This document shows, one piece after another, positions 1 to 8,566 of a stretch of DNA of 26,782 bases (its first letter is position 1; every line of letters begins with the position of its first letter). This DNA comes from a virus (taxonomy: Duplodnaviria; Caudoviricetes). The notes beneath the pieces are model-generated. The model was not told the DNA's origin, did not search any database, and saw nothing but the letters and a program-made list of their open reading frames with translations. The stretch is taken from positions 1 to 26,782 of IMG/VR virus record IMGVR_UViG_3300020044_005261. The stretch is one strand, 5' to 3'. The translations under genes were made by a program, and so were the position numbers.

Positions 1-234
1 AATTGTGTCATATTCTTTTTGTTTTATATATTTAATTTTAGTAATTATACTTGTATTGTTTTTATATAAAGTATCTATTATATACTGTTTTTCTTTAATC
101 TTTACTTCTGTTTTAATCTTATCTACGCTAATGTCTTTACTTGTTATTAACAACGTTAGTAACCATATTAAAATAACTATAGAACCTAACCATTGATTTT
201 TTATGAAGTTTATTATAGTAAATATATTTATCAT
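1..234 (-). CDS. Membrane-anchored protein of the lysis module (spanin-like candidate), truncated at window edge
   Basis: Not in the ORF track. Hand translation from ATG at 234 gives MINIFTIINFIKNQWLGSIVILIWLLTLLITSKDISVDKIKTEVKIKEKQYIIDTLYK..., open for 78 codons to base 1. It has an N-terminal hydrophobic helix then a Lys/Ile-rich tail, and follows the endolysin directly. Confidence 0.7.
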   Translation of the reverse strand, partial: MINIFTIINFIKNQWLGSIVILIWLLTLLITSKDISVDKIKTEVKIKEKQYIIDTLYKNNTSIITKIKYIKQKEYDTI

Positions 235-246
235 ACTATTACTGTT

Positions 247-720
247 TTAATCTTTAACTTGAAAATGCATCCAATCATAATTCTTTTCTCTACCTAATGA
301 TTCAAACCCGTGTTTATAAAATATATCAATCATTGGTTTATATTCTGGTCTTGCAAAGCGTGCTGTTTTGCTTGTTTCTTTCAATAAGTTTCTGTCTGGA
401 TCTAAGTCAATAGCTATACCCCAGCTGTGGCGTGATAATGATGTTCCGCCACGCATCGGTCTGTAATTAAAGCACCCACCGAAATCATCTAATTGTAGCT
501 CCTTAATCTTTTCCAATCCATAATGCGCCAATATATCCTTGAATACATTTAATAATGGCTCTTTAATTAGCTTATGGCATTGAAAGCTATTAATCTTTTC
601 TGAAGTATTCCAGTTTAGATACATAGGATAAGGCAAATTTATTGTAGTTAAATATCCCGCACCTGTTTTATTAGCTTGCCCGTATTTTGCAATAATTTCT
701 TTTTCTGTTAGCTTTCTCAT
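247..720 (-). CDS. Endolysin, M15 family Zn-peptidase (L-Ala-D-Glu peptidase type)
   Basis: Motifs FNYR...[11 protein letters not shown] (SxHxxGxAxD) and DWMHFQ (DxxH); located in the lysis cassette. Confidence 0.9.
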   Translation of the reverse strand: MRKLTEKEIIAKYGQANKTGAGYLTTINLPYPMYLNWNTSEKINSFQCHKLIKEPLLNVFKDILAHYGLEKIKELQLDDFGGCFNYRPMRGGTSLSRHSWGIAIDLDPDRNLLKETSKTARFARPEYKPMIDIFYKHGFESLGREKNYDWMHFQVKD

Positions 721-926
721 TTTATCTTAAATTTATCTACCGAAGTTAAACCCAATGCGCCAAAGGCAAATAATGCAACTGCATTTACTAAAGCTTCGCT
801 TGGCTTAATGCTTTCGTGCGAAAATGTGTTAGCTACTAAACTAATCACTAAAGCAAAAACGCAAAGCAATCCTGCTAATCGTTTTGAGCTATACTGCCCA
901 TTTTCATCTTTAAAAAATCTATTCAT
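717..926 (-). CDS. Putative holin (two transmembrane helices)
   Basis: 69 aa with two hydrophobic segments ([16 protein letters not shown]; [16 protein letters not shown]) and a basic C-terminus; ATGA overlap with the endolysin start. Confidence 0.65.
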   Translation of the reverse strand: MNRFFKDENGQYSSKRLAGLLCVFALVISLVANTFSHESIKPSEALVNAVALFAFGALGLTSVDKFKIK

Positions 927-1272
927 TACTTGTTGTATCTATTTTTGTTTTTCCCCAAAAACTTTTCTTTTCTACCACTCGTACCGTGTCGTGAATATAG
1001 ATAGTATCTATCTTTGTTTTTATTGAAGTCAATTCACTTCTTAAATCTTTTACTTCATCTTTTAAGGTAGTTATTTTATTTATCGCTTGATCTACGATTA
1101 TACTTTCCTTTTGAGATGCTTTCTTGTGTGCTTTTTTAAAATTAATTTGATTATTTACTGCGCTATTTATAAGCTCATTAAAATCATATTCCTTTTTATT
1201 TTCGGTATTTATATTTTGTGCGCTTAACGTACACCCACTAATAAAAAAAGTAAGTAAAATTATCTTTCTCAT
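919..1272 (-). CDS. Secreted or lipoprotein coiled-coil protein (o-spanin candidate)
   Basis: N-terminus MRKIILLTFFISGC resembles a lipobox; heptad-like segment INKITTLKDEVKDLRSELTSIKTKI; lysis context. Confidence 0.5.
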   Translation of the reverse strand: MRKIILLTFFISGCTLSAQNINTENKKEYDFNELINSAVNNQINFKKAHKKASQKESIIVDQAINKITTLKDEVKDLRSELTSIKTKIDTIYIHDTVRVVEKKSFWGKTKIDTTSNE

Positions 1273-1273
1273 T

Positions 1274-1567
1274 TTATTTAATGTTTTGAATTTTACCCAA
1301 TTGCTCTAATGTACTTAGTTTAGCGTTTGCAGCAGCCAGAGCGCTGTCTGTTTTCTTAAGCGTATATTGTAACACTTCAACTTTTAACTCTAATTTTTCA
1401 ACCTTGCTGTTTTGTAAAACAATTTGGTCTTTAAATGTAGATTTAACATCTATGTATAAATAGCTTATTGCTATCAATACTAAAAATAAAGTTGCAATTA
1501 TTGGATTTTTAGCAAACGTTTTAAAATCCATTACGCTCGTGATTGGGTTTAAATTCTTTAGTGACAT
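1274..1567 (-). CDS. Single-TM coiled-coil protein (i-spanin or holin-accessory candidate)
   Basis: Start reassigned to ATG at 1567 (MSLKNL), 2 nt after the upstream stop. TM segment IIATLFLVLIAISYLYI is followed by a long amphipathic helix. Confidence 0.5.
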   Translation of the reverse strand: MSLKNLNPITSVMDFKTFAKNPIIATLFLVLIAISYLYIDVKSTFKDQIVLQNSKVEKLELKVEVLQYTLKKTDSALAAANAKLSTLEQLGKIQNIK

Positions 1568-1569
1568 TT

Positions 1570-1959
1570 TTACAATTCTTCTTCTTCTTCTTTTATAAAT
1601 GTGATGCCAGTAGTCCATTTTTCTAAGAAAATAAAATTCTCTAAGCCTGCTGGATTAATAACTTCAATGGGTTTAAAATCAAATTCTTTTTTATTTAAGT
1701 TCTCAATATCTTTAGTAAGCTGTTTAATGCCATCTTTGCTAAACTTAAATTCTCCTTTTTCATCGGTAAGCATTATACCTTTGTCATCTACTGCGGCGGC
1801 ATCCAAACGAAGTTCCTCACGTTGAGATTGGTATTCTTCGTGATGTGCTTTTAATTTTTCATAAACCTTAAAAAGTTTCTTTTGCACTTTTGTTTCCTGG
1901 TTGCCTAACACTACATTGATAGACGCAATTAATTGGTTTAGTTCTTGATAAGTTCTCAT
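1570..1959 (-). CDS. Hypothetical phage protein (helical, DUF1617-like) downstream of tail fibre
   Basis: Clean 129 aa ORF with an A-rich start context. Family resemblance is from recall only. Confidence 0.6.
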   Translation of the reverse strand: MRTYQELNQLIASINVVLGNQETKVQKKLFKVYEKLKAHHEEYQSQREELRLDAAAVDDKGIMLTDEKGEFKFSKDGIKQLTKDIENLNKKEFDFKPIEVINPAGLENFIFLEKWTTGITFIKEEEEEL

Positions 1960-1970
1960 ATTATTTTTGT

Positions 1971-2294
1971 TTAATTATTTACAAATGGTGGTGGCAAAGT
2001 TACACTAATTGGATTAACAAGCAAATCAATTTGAGTTGCTAATTGCGCTTGCATAGCGGTAACATCCAATGAAGCTTCTAACCAACTGATAACTTGCTCT
2101 TTTGTTATTTCATCAAAAGGAGTAAATTCATCTTCGCTTGGCGCACCTATTGCTTGCGCTCCATACATTTCTGCGTTTATTTCGTTCTCATTTTGAGCTG
2201 TGTATCTCCAATGTACGGTATACACTACATCGTTTAAATTTTCTTCTTTTACTTTGCAATCCAATGCAGAGATTATCCAATTATAATTTATCAT
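1971..2294 (-). CDS. Tail-fibre-associated protein (possible fibre assembly chaperone)
   Basis: Acidic 107 aa protein (YNWII..LD..., VHWRY, FTPFDEITKEQVISW) immediately after the fibre gene. Confidence 0.55.
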   Translation of the reverse strand: MINYNWIISALDCKVKEENLNDVVYTVHWRYTAQNENEINAEMYGAQAIGAPSEDEFTPFDEITKEQVISWLEASLDVTAMQAQLATQIDLLVNPISVTLPPPFVNN

Positions 2295-2306
2295 ATTTTT
2301 ATTTTT

Positions 2307-4931
2307 TTAAACTGTTCCTATTGATGCAGGTATGTAATAAGTAACTCCATCTATTTCTACTTCCAATTTATTTATTAATGTAGGTATTCCTGAAGTAACT
2401 TGACCTATTTTAAATGCTCCTGGTGTTCCCGCTCCTGCAGCAGGTGCAGATGTTTTTATTGCACCATTAACTTCAAGTTTTACAGTTGGACTTGTAGTTC
2501 CTATACCTACGTTGCCCCCCAATGGATTTAAAGCAATAGGATAAGCTAATCCATTTATTCCTGTATGCCTATTTTGCATCCAAAAAGTAAAAGGACTACT
2601 TGCAGAACTACCCATTACTAATTCAGTTCCAACTCCACTTGGTGTAAATGTTGCTATTGCAGCAACACCTGCATTTAAAGTAGGGTCACCACTAACTCCT
2701 AAAACTTGTATTTTACTATTAGGACTTGAAGTTCCAATACCTACATTGCCTGCTGAAGTGATGCGCATACGTTCGGTAGTTGTTTGTGTAAAAAACCCAA
2801 TAGCAGAATCGTATGTTTCTTCAACAGATCCAATTGTAACAGTATTTTTTGAATCTCCAAAATTAATTTTTGCGCCTCCTCCTTTTACAATATGTAATAT
2901 TGAACTTGGTGTATTTGTTCCTATACCTACATTGCCTGTGGCTAATATTCGGAGAGCTTCTGTATTATTAGTTCCAAACCATAATGGTATATTGTTTACG
3001 TTTTTAATGTAGGTTTCTGAACTATTTGCTATAACTTCAAATTGTGCTGTTGCTGCTGAATTTTTTAATCGTAATCCACCGCCTGTCGTATTGTTTATTT
3101 CTAATAAACTATAATTTGTATATGAAGTTGGTGCATTAGTTCCTATACCAATGCTATTTCCACTTTCAAAAATAATACTATTTCCTAATGTACTTGCTCC
3201 TGTAAATTTAGGTAGATAGTTTGTTGTTCCTGTTCCTGTAATTGGGTTAGTTAGGGCGTTTTGTTTATTATTGAAAGTAGTCCAATCTGTGCTTGATAAT
3301 AACCCTTGTTGTGAACCGCTTGCTGTTGCAATAGCTAAAGTAATATTACCGCTTGTTGTAATTGGAGAGCTTCCAATAGTAACACCGCTTGTAGCTGATG
3401 TTAAACCAACGCTTGTAACTGTACCAACGCTCCAGCTTCTATTTGCGCTTAAATCTAAAGCTGTTCCATTAATTGTCAGCGTTCTTGATGTAGGAACGTA
3501 ACCGCTCAAATTAGGTGCGTATTGCGGTATGTTTAATGTACTACCAACTAATGTAGCTGCACCGCTTGTTCCAGTTGTTGTAAGTGTAATTGCATTTTGT
3601 TTACCATTAAATGTATTCCAATCGGTACTTCTAAGCAATCCAGTATCTTCAGAACTTGAAGCAAGAATATCTAATGTTATCGTTCCACTTGTTGTAATTG
3701 GTGAAAAGTTTACCAACACACCCGGAGTTGTTGTAGATAAACCAACGCTTGTAACTGTTCCTACGTTAGTTGTATATCCGTTTGGATTTGATGCTAAATA
3801 GTAAGTATTGCTATCTAAAGTTCCATTACCTTTTACAAATTGTGAACTTGTGCCACCTAAAACAGTTGCTAAGCTTTTATTCTTCCATAAATCAGATGCG
3901 CTTTCATAAACTAAAAATTGATTATTTACTTTTGAACTTATTGCTACATCGTGTATTTCATCTAATTCATAACCATTTTGAATTTTTACTTCAATCTGTC
4001 CCATTGTAGGGTGCGAACGTGTTACTACTCCGATATAAACTAAATGCGCTGGTGCTGTTTGTTTTGTAGTTGTATAAGTTCCTGCAGTTGTTGAAGATAG
4101 ATATAATTGCGCACCCTCTGAAAATGCGCTTGTATCTAATCCAGTTAAATCACCAACGCAAACTACATAACCATTTGCGTTATTTGCAATATTTGCTTGC
4201 AATAAACCAAATGTTTGAGCAGATGTGCTATCTCCAGTTGCTATTGCTTTAGATATTGTAGGCTTATTTCCAGTTGCGCCGCTAATATAAACAACTGTTC
4301 CCTTTGTTAGCGTTGCTCCCGTTGTATTTCTAACCTCACGAACTAATGTTCCAGCTTGACCAGATACAGGAAATGTAATTAACGATCCATCACCTGCAAT
4401 ATATTGTGTAGTATCTCCAATAGGATTGTTAAACTTTCCATTTAAAGCGCTTTGTAAATCTGTTTGACTGCTAAGCGTTCCTGTTATTGCACCCCAAACC
4501 GCTGTACTATCTACAATTTCAATATATGTAGAGCCTGACCAACGATAAATTCTATTGTTATTAATGGTTATGTAAATCTTTCCGCTTTCACCCGTTGCTG
4601 GCAAAGCTGCAAAGTTAGCTACCTCGATAACATCATCAACATACGATGGTAGTTGTGCGCTTGGGACTTTGCCATCAACTAAGTCAGCTTTAGCATTTAA
4701 CACGCTATTTAAAGCAGCGTTATCACTTGGTAAGCCAGTAATATCAGCAAAAGCACTCGCTACCGTTCTAATTAAATTTATTTCAATTAAGCTTGGTTGT
4801 ACGTTTAATTGTACATCTTCCCTTGTTTCTGAAATAATAACATCTAACCTTACATCCTCTAAGATAGGCTCAACAAATAGACTAATATCTTGCGTTAATC
4901 CACTTGCAAATATTTCTATTTCATCGCTCAT
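2307..4931 (-). CDS. Modular tail fibre / receptor-binding protein
   Basis: 874 aa, rich in G/T/S/N, with four GN(V/S)-GIGT-xxP repeats, a duplicated ~58 aa module and fibre-type segments (GKVPSAQLPSYVDDV; WGAITGTLSSQTDLQSAL). Confidence 0.85.
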   Translation of the reverse strand: MSDEIEIFASGLTQDISLFVEPILEDVRLDVIISETREDVQLNVQPSLIEINLIRTVASAFADITGLPSDNAALNSVLNAKADLVDGKVPSAQLPSYVDDVIEVANFAALPATGESGKIYITINNNRIYRWSGSTYIEIVDSTAVWGAITGTLSSQTDLQSALNGKFNNPIGDTTQYIAGDGSLITFPVSGQAGTLVREVRNTTGATLTKGTVVYISGATGNKPTISKAIATGDSTSAQTFGLLQANIANNANGYVVCVGDLTGLDTSAFSEGAQLYLSSTTAGTYTTTKQTAPAHLVYIGVVTRSHPTMGQIEVKIQNGYELDEIHDVAISSKVNNQFLVYESASDLWKNKSLATVLGGTSSQFVKGNGTLDSNTYYLASNPNGYTTNVGTVTSVGLSTTTPGVLVNFSPITTSGTITLDILASSSEDTGLLRSTDWNTFNGKQNAITLTTTGTSGAATLVGSTLNIPQYAPNLSGYVPTSRTLTINGTALDLSANRSWSVGTVTSVGLTSATSGVTIGSSPITTSGNITLAIATASGSQQGLLSSTDWTTFNNKQNALTNPITGTGTTNYLPKFTGASTLGNSIIFESGNSIGIGTNAPTSYTNYSLLEINNTTGGGLRLKNSAATAQFEVIANSSETYIKNVNNIPLWFGTNNTEALRILATGNVGIGTNTPSSILHIVKGGGAKINFGDSKNTVTIGSVEETYDSAIGFFTQTTTERMRITSAGNVGIGTSSPNSKIQVLGVSGDPTLNAGVAAIATFTPSGVGTELVMGSSASSPFTFWMQNRHTGINGLAYPIALNPLGGNVGIGTTSPTVKLEVNGAIKTSAPAAGAGTPGAFKIGQVTSGIPTLINKLEVEIDGVTYYIPASIGTV
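2497..3150 (-). repeat. Four GNVGIGT-type module boundaries in the fibre C-terminus
   Basis: Plus-strand copies gttcctatacctacgttgcc (2497), gttccaatacctacattgcc (2731), gttcctatacctacattgcc (2917) and a partial gttcctatacca (3139); spacings 234, 186 and 222 nt. Confidence 0.85.
3255..3765 (-). repeat. Internal duplication in tail fibre (VGTVTSVGL...SPITTSG.ITL.I...GLL.STDW.TFN.KQNA, two copies)
   Basis: Two protein copies 112 aa apart; a 21-nt identical block taaaccaacgcttgtaactgt at 3402-3422 and 3738-3758. Confidence 0.9.
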
Positions 4932-5272
4932 ATTGTAACCTCGTTTAAAATATTGAAATTACCTTTAATATATGTTTTTACAGTACCATCTGCAAATGTT
5001 ATTTGTATGTCGTAAACATAATTTTTTACATCTATGTTTATAATTTGCTTGTTAATTTTAAACTGCCCTGCCGCTGCGTTGGTAATTGTAATTCCAGCAC
5101 TTGCAACGCTTGTAAGAGATAAAGCAGCCGTTGTATCGCAATAGCTTTTTCTTAGCTGCATCTTTATTACTGCGCCTGTTAAGTTTACATCTACATCATT
5201 TATCTTCAAATGAAATGCTACCGCTTCAAATGTATCGCCTTTTGTGTTTTCAAAATTAAGACTTGCGCTCAT
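4928..5272 (-). CDS. Baseplate/fibre attachment protein (BppU N-terminal-like beta domain)
   Basis: KGDTF...NLTGAVIKMQLR...YVYDIQI...TYIKGNF pattern; ATGA-coupled to the fibre gene. Confidence 0.6.
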   Translation of the reverse strand: MSASLNFENTKGDTFEAVAFHLKINDVDVNLTGAVIKMQLRKSYCDTTAALSLTSVASAGITITNAAAGQFKINKQIINIDVKNYVYDIQITFADGTVKTYIKGNFNILNEVTI

Positions 5273-5369
5273 TATTTATTTTGTTTAAATAAATTTGTAA
5301 TTTTTTTATATTTTTATTCTTAACCTTATAAGTACCTCGCTTATAAGTACCAACCTCCAAAGTCTGCAT
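5256..5369 (-). CDS. Small basic overlapping ORF (37 aa)
   Basis: Hand translation MQTLEVGTYKRGTYKVKNKNIKKLQIYLNKINNERKS. It fills the 68-nt gap and overlaps both neighbours. Confidence 0.45.
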   Translation of the reverse strand: MQTLEVGTYKRGTYKVKNKNIKKLQIYLNKINNERKS

Positions 5370-5838
5370 TTGAATTTGGGTGCATATCTCCGTTGCTGTT
5401 TTCATTATATTCTGGGTATAAATGTTGTTTAAAACTCATATAATCTACAAAGCGCCTTGTATAATGTTCGGCTATGCTTCGTTGTTTTTCAACTAAAAAA
5501 TCAACTTCGTCCTTTTGCACGTTTTCGCTGTTTTCGCTTCCGTGTTTATACACGCCTTTATTGGATATTGAATAAGCCGCAAAAGGTAAATATTCTACCA
5601 TTGTCCAATGTATAACCATCGGTTTAATATAGCTATTTAAAAGCGTTCTGTACGCTGTTGCTAAGTTATCATTTACTATGCCATCATTTATCTTATCAAA
5701 TAGCTTCGTACCTAAATAACCTTGTATGTGCGTGTCTTGCGCCACCTTTACCCATTGTATAAATTTATCGGTATCGGTATTGCCGTTTACTGCCGTAAAC
5801 TTTACTATATCATCTCTGCTTACAAATAGTGCTTGCAT
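5341..5838 (-). CDS. Putative head-tail adaptor / head completion protein
   Basis: 165 aa helical protein directly after the portal. The call rests on position and size. Confidence 0.6.
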   Translation of the reverse strand: MQALFVSRDDIVKFTAVNGNTDTDKFIQWVKVAQDTHIQGYLGTKLFDKINDGIVNDNLATAYRTLLNSYIKPMVIHWTMVEYLPFAAYSISNKGVYKHGSENSENVQKDEVDFLVEKQRSIAEHYTRRFVDYMSFKQHLYPEYNENSNGDMHPNSNADFGGWYL

Positions 5839-5842
5839 TTAT

Positions 5843-7573
5843 TTATCTGTTTAAAAATCCTTGATTAGGCATATCTATTGGCTTGGTATAAACTAAGCTA
5901 TCATTTGTTGGTAATATCTCACCCTCTTTTCTCGCTTGTGCTGGCGTTATCTCACCCTCATTACCATTTGGCTTCAAATATTGTATGCGGCGATATGTTT
6001 CACGTGTCCAATAATGATGACAAGCACCTCCACCTTTGTATAAAAATATATTATAAGTATTCGCACCCTCTGGTCCCCACCCTGGGTTTGTCTTTTCGTT
6101 ATTACCCATTTGAATTATATCCTCTTTTCGGTACAATTTATTAAGTCTTAACATACTTTTGCAGAACGGTCTTGAATTATCACTAACAGTACCGCTGTAT
6201 CTGTAACGTGATACAAAGAAAATACCATCTTGCTCGCTCGGTGCGTTTGGTCTTGCTGTCCCTGTGGTTACAAATTTCCACGCTTTACCTAATAAACTTT
6301 TCTTAGGGTTATTTAACGCTTCTAATTGCGCATCTAACTTAGCTTCATCTTCGTAATTTACAACCCTCGCATCTACCAACTCCCATTCTTTTGGATCTAA
6401 AACTTCTCCGTATTTGTCTAAATCTATTTTATCAATAGATAGTTTCAATCCCGTTTCAACTTCCGCATCTTCTTTATTCAATGCAGGGTTTAAATCTGTA
6501 AACTCTAATGGTTGTAATGTTTTAAAATATAAGTTAAGCATAACACCATTAAATGCTAATATCTTATCCAACGCATCTAATATCGTTTCTTGAAATGGTC
6601 TTATTACCATATTATCAAAAAGTGTTGAAGCGTTTTTCAATTCATCTGCATTTGAACTAAACCCATTTGCAGAAGATATACCAAATAATAAACCCGAAGT
6701 AACGCCGTGTCCTAAAAGTATCTTAGACCTAGCTTCTTCGCTTAAGTACGAATAATGCTCTGGCGCATTATCTAAAGGGATATTATCAACTGTGGTTTTT
6801 TTAGTTTCATCATTATTAAAAGCTATAATTACTTTATCACCGCTTGCGCCAGTAAGTTTGCTTTTTACCTTTGTGGTTATTAATTCTTGCTTTTCTTCAT
6901 CCGGCACGCCATTATTAAAGTTGATAACCTTAGTTCCGCTAAATCCATTATCTACATCGTTGATCAAATACTCTGAAATGCTATGCTCTAATTTAACGTA
7001 AGGCAAAGCACCTAAATAATCTACGTTTGAGTAGTACTTTTGCCCAACTGTATAATTACCAACAAATAATATTTCTAAAGTTTTATTTCCAAACCCAAAA
7101 GCATCAATACGCTTAGGTTTAAATTTCTTAATATCGTCCCAATTATCAGAGAAATAATAAGCTCTAATATCTCCGTTTTCATCGCACTTTTCAGCACGCA
7201 AAAGTTGTACTGGGATATGTTCTACCTTTATAATTTTATCACCTTTTTTATTATAGATACATTGTAGCGCAAATTGCCCTAACAACTTTAAATCCGTAAC
7301 TGTTTTTTTAAGTACATCTTTACGAAATAGCATAATCATTTGAGCGTAATCGTTCGGCTTCTTGCTGCTATCAGTAGCATCAATTCCTTTACCATAAATT
7401 AGCTTTATAATTGCGTTGATAATAGCGTGGTGTGTTGTGCTGTTATTATAGCTATCAATTAAGAAATTATAGTACTCATTATTTGCGCCATAATCTACCC
7501 ACTCGTCACGTTTGCTTTCGGTAACGATAGGCTGCTCATAGCGTGCCAATTCAATAAAATGTAAGTTACTCAT
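5843..7573 (-). CDS. Portal protein with C-terminal MuF-like extension
   Basis: The N-terminal ~370 aa has a portal-like pattern (YG..N.YY..LID.Y..S.THHAII; GFS...INFNNG; ILLGHGVTS..LFGI; F.N.VIRPFQ). The C-terminus has SRPFC...GGGACHHYW. Confidence 0.8.
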   Translation of the reverse strand: MSNLHFIELARYEQPIVTESKRDEWVDYGANNEYYNFLIDSYNNSTTHHAIINAIIKLIYGKGIDATDSSKKPNDYAQMIMLFRKDVLKKTVTDLKLLGQFALQCIYNKKGDKIIKVEHIPVQLLRAEKCDENGDIRAYYFSDNWDDIKKFKPKRIDAFGFGNKTLEILFVGNYTVGQKYYSNVDYLGALPYVKLEHSISEYLINDVDNGFSGTKVINFNNGVPDEEKQELITTKVKSKLTGASGDKVIIAFNNDETKKTTVDNIPLDNAPEHYSYLSEEARSKILLGHGVTSGLLFGISSANGFSSNADELKNASTLFDNMVIRPFQETILDALDKILAFNGVMLNLYFKTLQPLEFTDLNPALNKEDAEVETGLKLSIDKIDLDKYGEVLDPKEWELVDARVVNYEDEAKLDAQLEALNNPKKSLLGKAWKFVTTGTARPNAPSEQDGIFFVSRYRYSGTVSDNSRPFCKSMLRLNKLYRKEDIIQMGNNEKTNPGWGPEGANTYNIFLYKGGGACHHYWTRETYRRIQYLKPNGNEGEITPAQARKEGEILPTNDSLVYTKPIDMPNQGFLNR

Positions 7574-7892
7574 AGAAAATTATGTTTTCTTTATTAACCG
7601 TATATTCATCTTTATTAACGGTATATGTATCAACATTTTGCGCCGTGCAAAATATTTTATCTTTATGTATCAATGTATCGTTTACTAAAAAAGTAACATT
7701 ATAAAAATGTCCCTCTTCTAAATTTAAAATCTTTGTAAATTGATTATAAAATGATACAATCGTTGTTGTAATATTATAAGTTACTGCCACGTTTGTAGTT
7801 TCATTTACAACAACCAATTTATTAGCAACGCCATTCCTTGTTGGAATAAACCTTACAGTTTGTGCAGTCGCTATTGGCTTTAATATTATCAT
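7566..7892 (-). CDS. Hypothetical virion protein (beta-rich), first gene after motif copy 1
   Basis: 108 aa ORF overlapping the portal start by 8 nt. Confidence 0.7.
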   Translation of the reverse strand: MIILKPIATAQTVRFIPTRNGVANKLVVVNETTNVAVTYNITTTIVSFYNQFTKILNLEEGHFYNVTFLVNDTLIHKDKIFCTAQNVDTYTVNKDEYTVNKENIIFYE

Positions 7893-7900
7893 CTACTATA

Positions 7901-7924
7901 TAAACGTAAAAAGCACGTTTTGTT
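7901..7924 (-). promoter_or_regulatory. Putative phage late promoter, copy 1 (AACAAAA-cgtgctt-TTTACGTTTA, 8 nt before ATG 7892)
   Basis: 17 positions identical to copies 2 and 3; intergenic and directly after a terminator. Confidence 0.85.
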
Positions 7925-7931
7925 TTAAAAT

Positions 7932-7958
7932 AAAAAAAGGGCAGCAATTACGCCGCCC
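7932..7958 (-). terminator. Intrinsic terminator after the major tail protein gene
   Basis: Minus strand GGGCGGC-GTAATT-GCTGCCC-TTTTTTT: a 7-bp stem with one G-U pair and a U7 tail. Confidence 0.85.
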
Positions 7959-7980
7959 CTCCAAACTTAACAACTATGAA

Positions 7981-8508
7981 CTAAACTCCTGTTACAACTG
8001 TAAAACCGCAAGCTACCAAAGTAGCACCAATAAAGTTTGCTGGCACTGGTTCCATACCAGTCAATACCAAAGTATATCCTGACAAATCACCCATTGCCGC
8101 ACCCGTTACGATTGTGCCACCTGACACATCCATTCCGTGTTGTAAACCGCAATAGAAAAAGTTTCCATTGTTATCTTCAACAATAACCTGTGGTCTGCCA
8201 TAAGTAAGCAATTTGATTTGCTTATGGTCTTTTGTACTTAATTTTTTTAGCGTAAGATTTAAGGTTTGCTCGAAGAAAGTAGTACCATTTTCTCTTGAAG
8301 AATTGATAGCTTGCTCAAATGAACTGTTACCTTTTAAATCATATTTGTACGCTGTTGGCGTTCCTGTAACTGTTTTAATTACGTCTGTATCCGTTACATC
8401 GTAAGTATATCCAGTTGCATCGCCATCATTCACAAAGTAAACGGCATTTAATCCGCCTACGCTGTTTTTGCAAGGCTCTAATCTGCCTGCTGAAATATCG
8501 CAACTCAT
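7981..8508 (-). CDS. Putative major tail (tube) protein
   Basis: 175 aa, beta-rich (C....GG...VYF; ENGTTFFEQTL; DNNG..F..G...G; GYTLVLTG.E). It follows the capsid gene and ends at its own terminator, as expected for an abundant structural protein. Confidence 0.65.
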   Translation of the reverse strand: MSCDISAGRLEPCKNSVGGLNAVYFVNDGDATGYTYDVTDTDVIKTVTGTPTAYKYDLKGNSSFEQAINSSRENGTTFFEQTLNLTLKKLSTKDHKQIKLLTYGRPQVIVEDNNGNFFYCGLQHGMDVSGGTIVTGAAMGDLSGYTLVLTGMEPVPANFIGATLVACGFTVVTGV

Positions 8509-8529
8509 TATTTATATATTTAAAGGATT

Positions 8530-8562
8530 AAAAAATAGGGAGTATATTTCAACTCCCTTTTT
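8530..8562 (-). terminator. Intrinsic terminator after the major capsid gene (probably leaky)
   Basis: Minus strand AGGGAGT-TGAAATAT-ACTCCCT-ATTTTTT, immediately after the capsid stop codon. Confidence 0.8.
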
Positions 8563-8566
8563 ATTT

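Noticed and set aside
1568-1618. N-terminal extension MDYWHHIYKRRRRR of the 114 aa ORF
   Set aside because: It is the alternative frame of the upstream gene's poly-Glu tail; ATG 1567 just after the upstream stop is the better start.
2307-4931. Diversity-generating retroelement or invertible cassette behind the fibre repeats
   Set aside because: No reverse transcriptase or recombinase is in the window; the repeats are short, direct and in-frame, not an adenine-specific template/variable pair.
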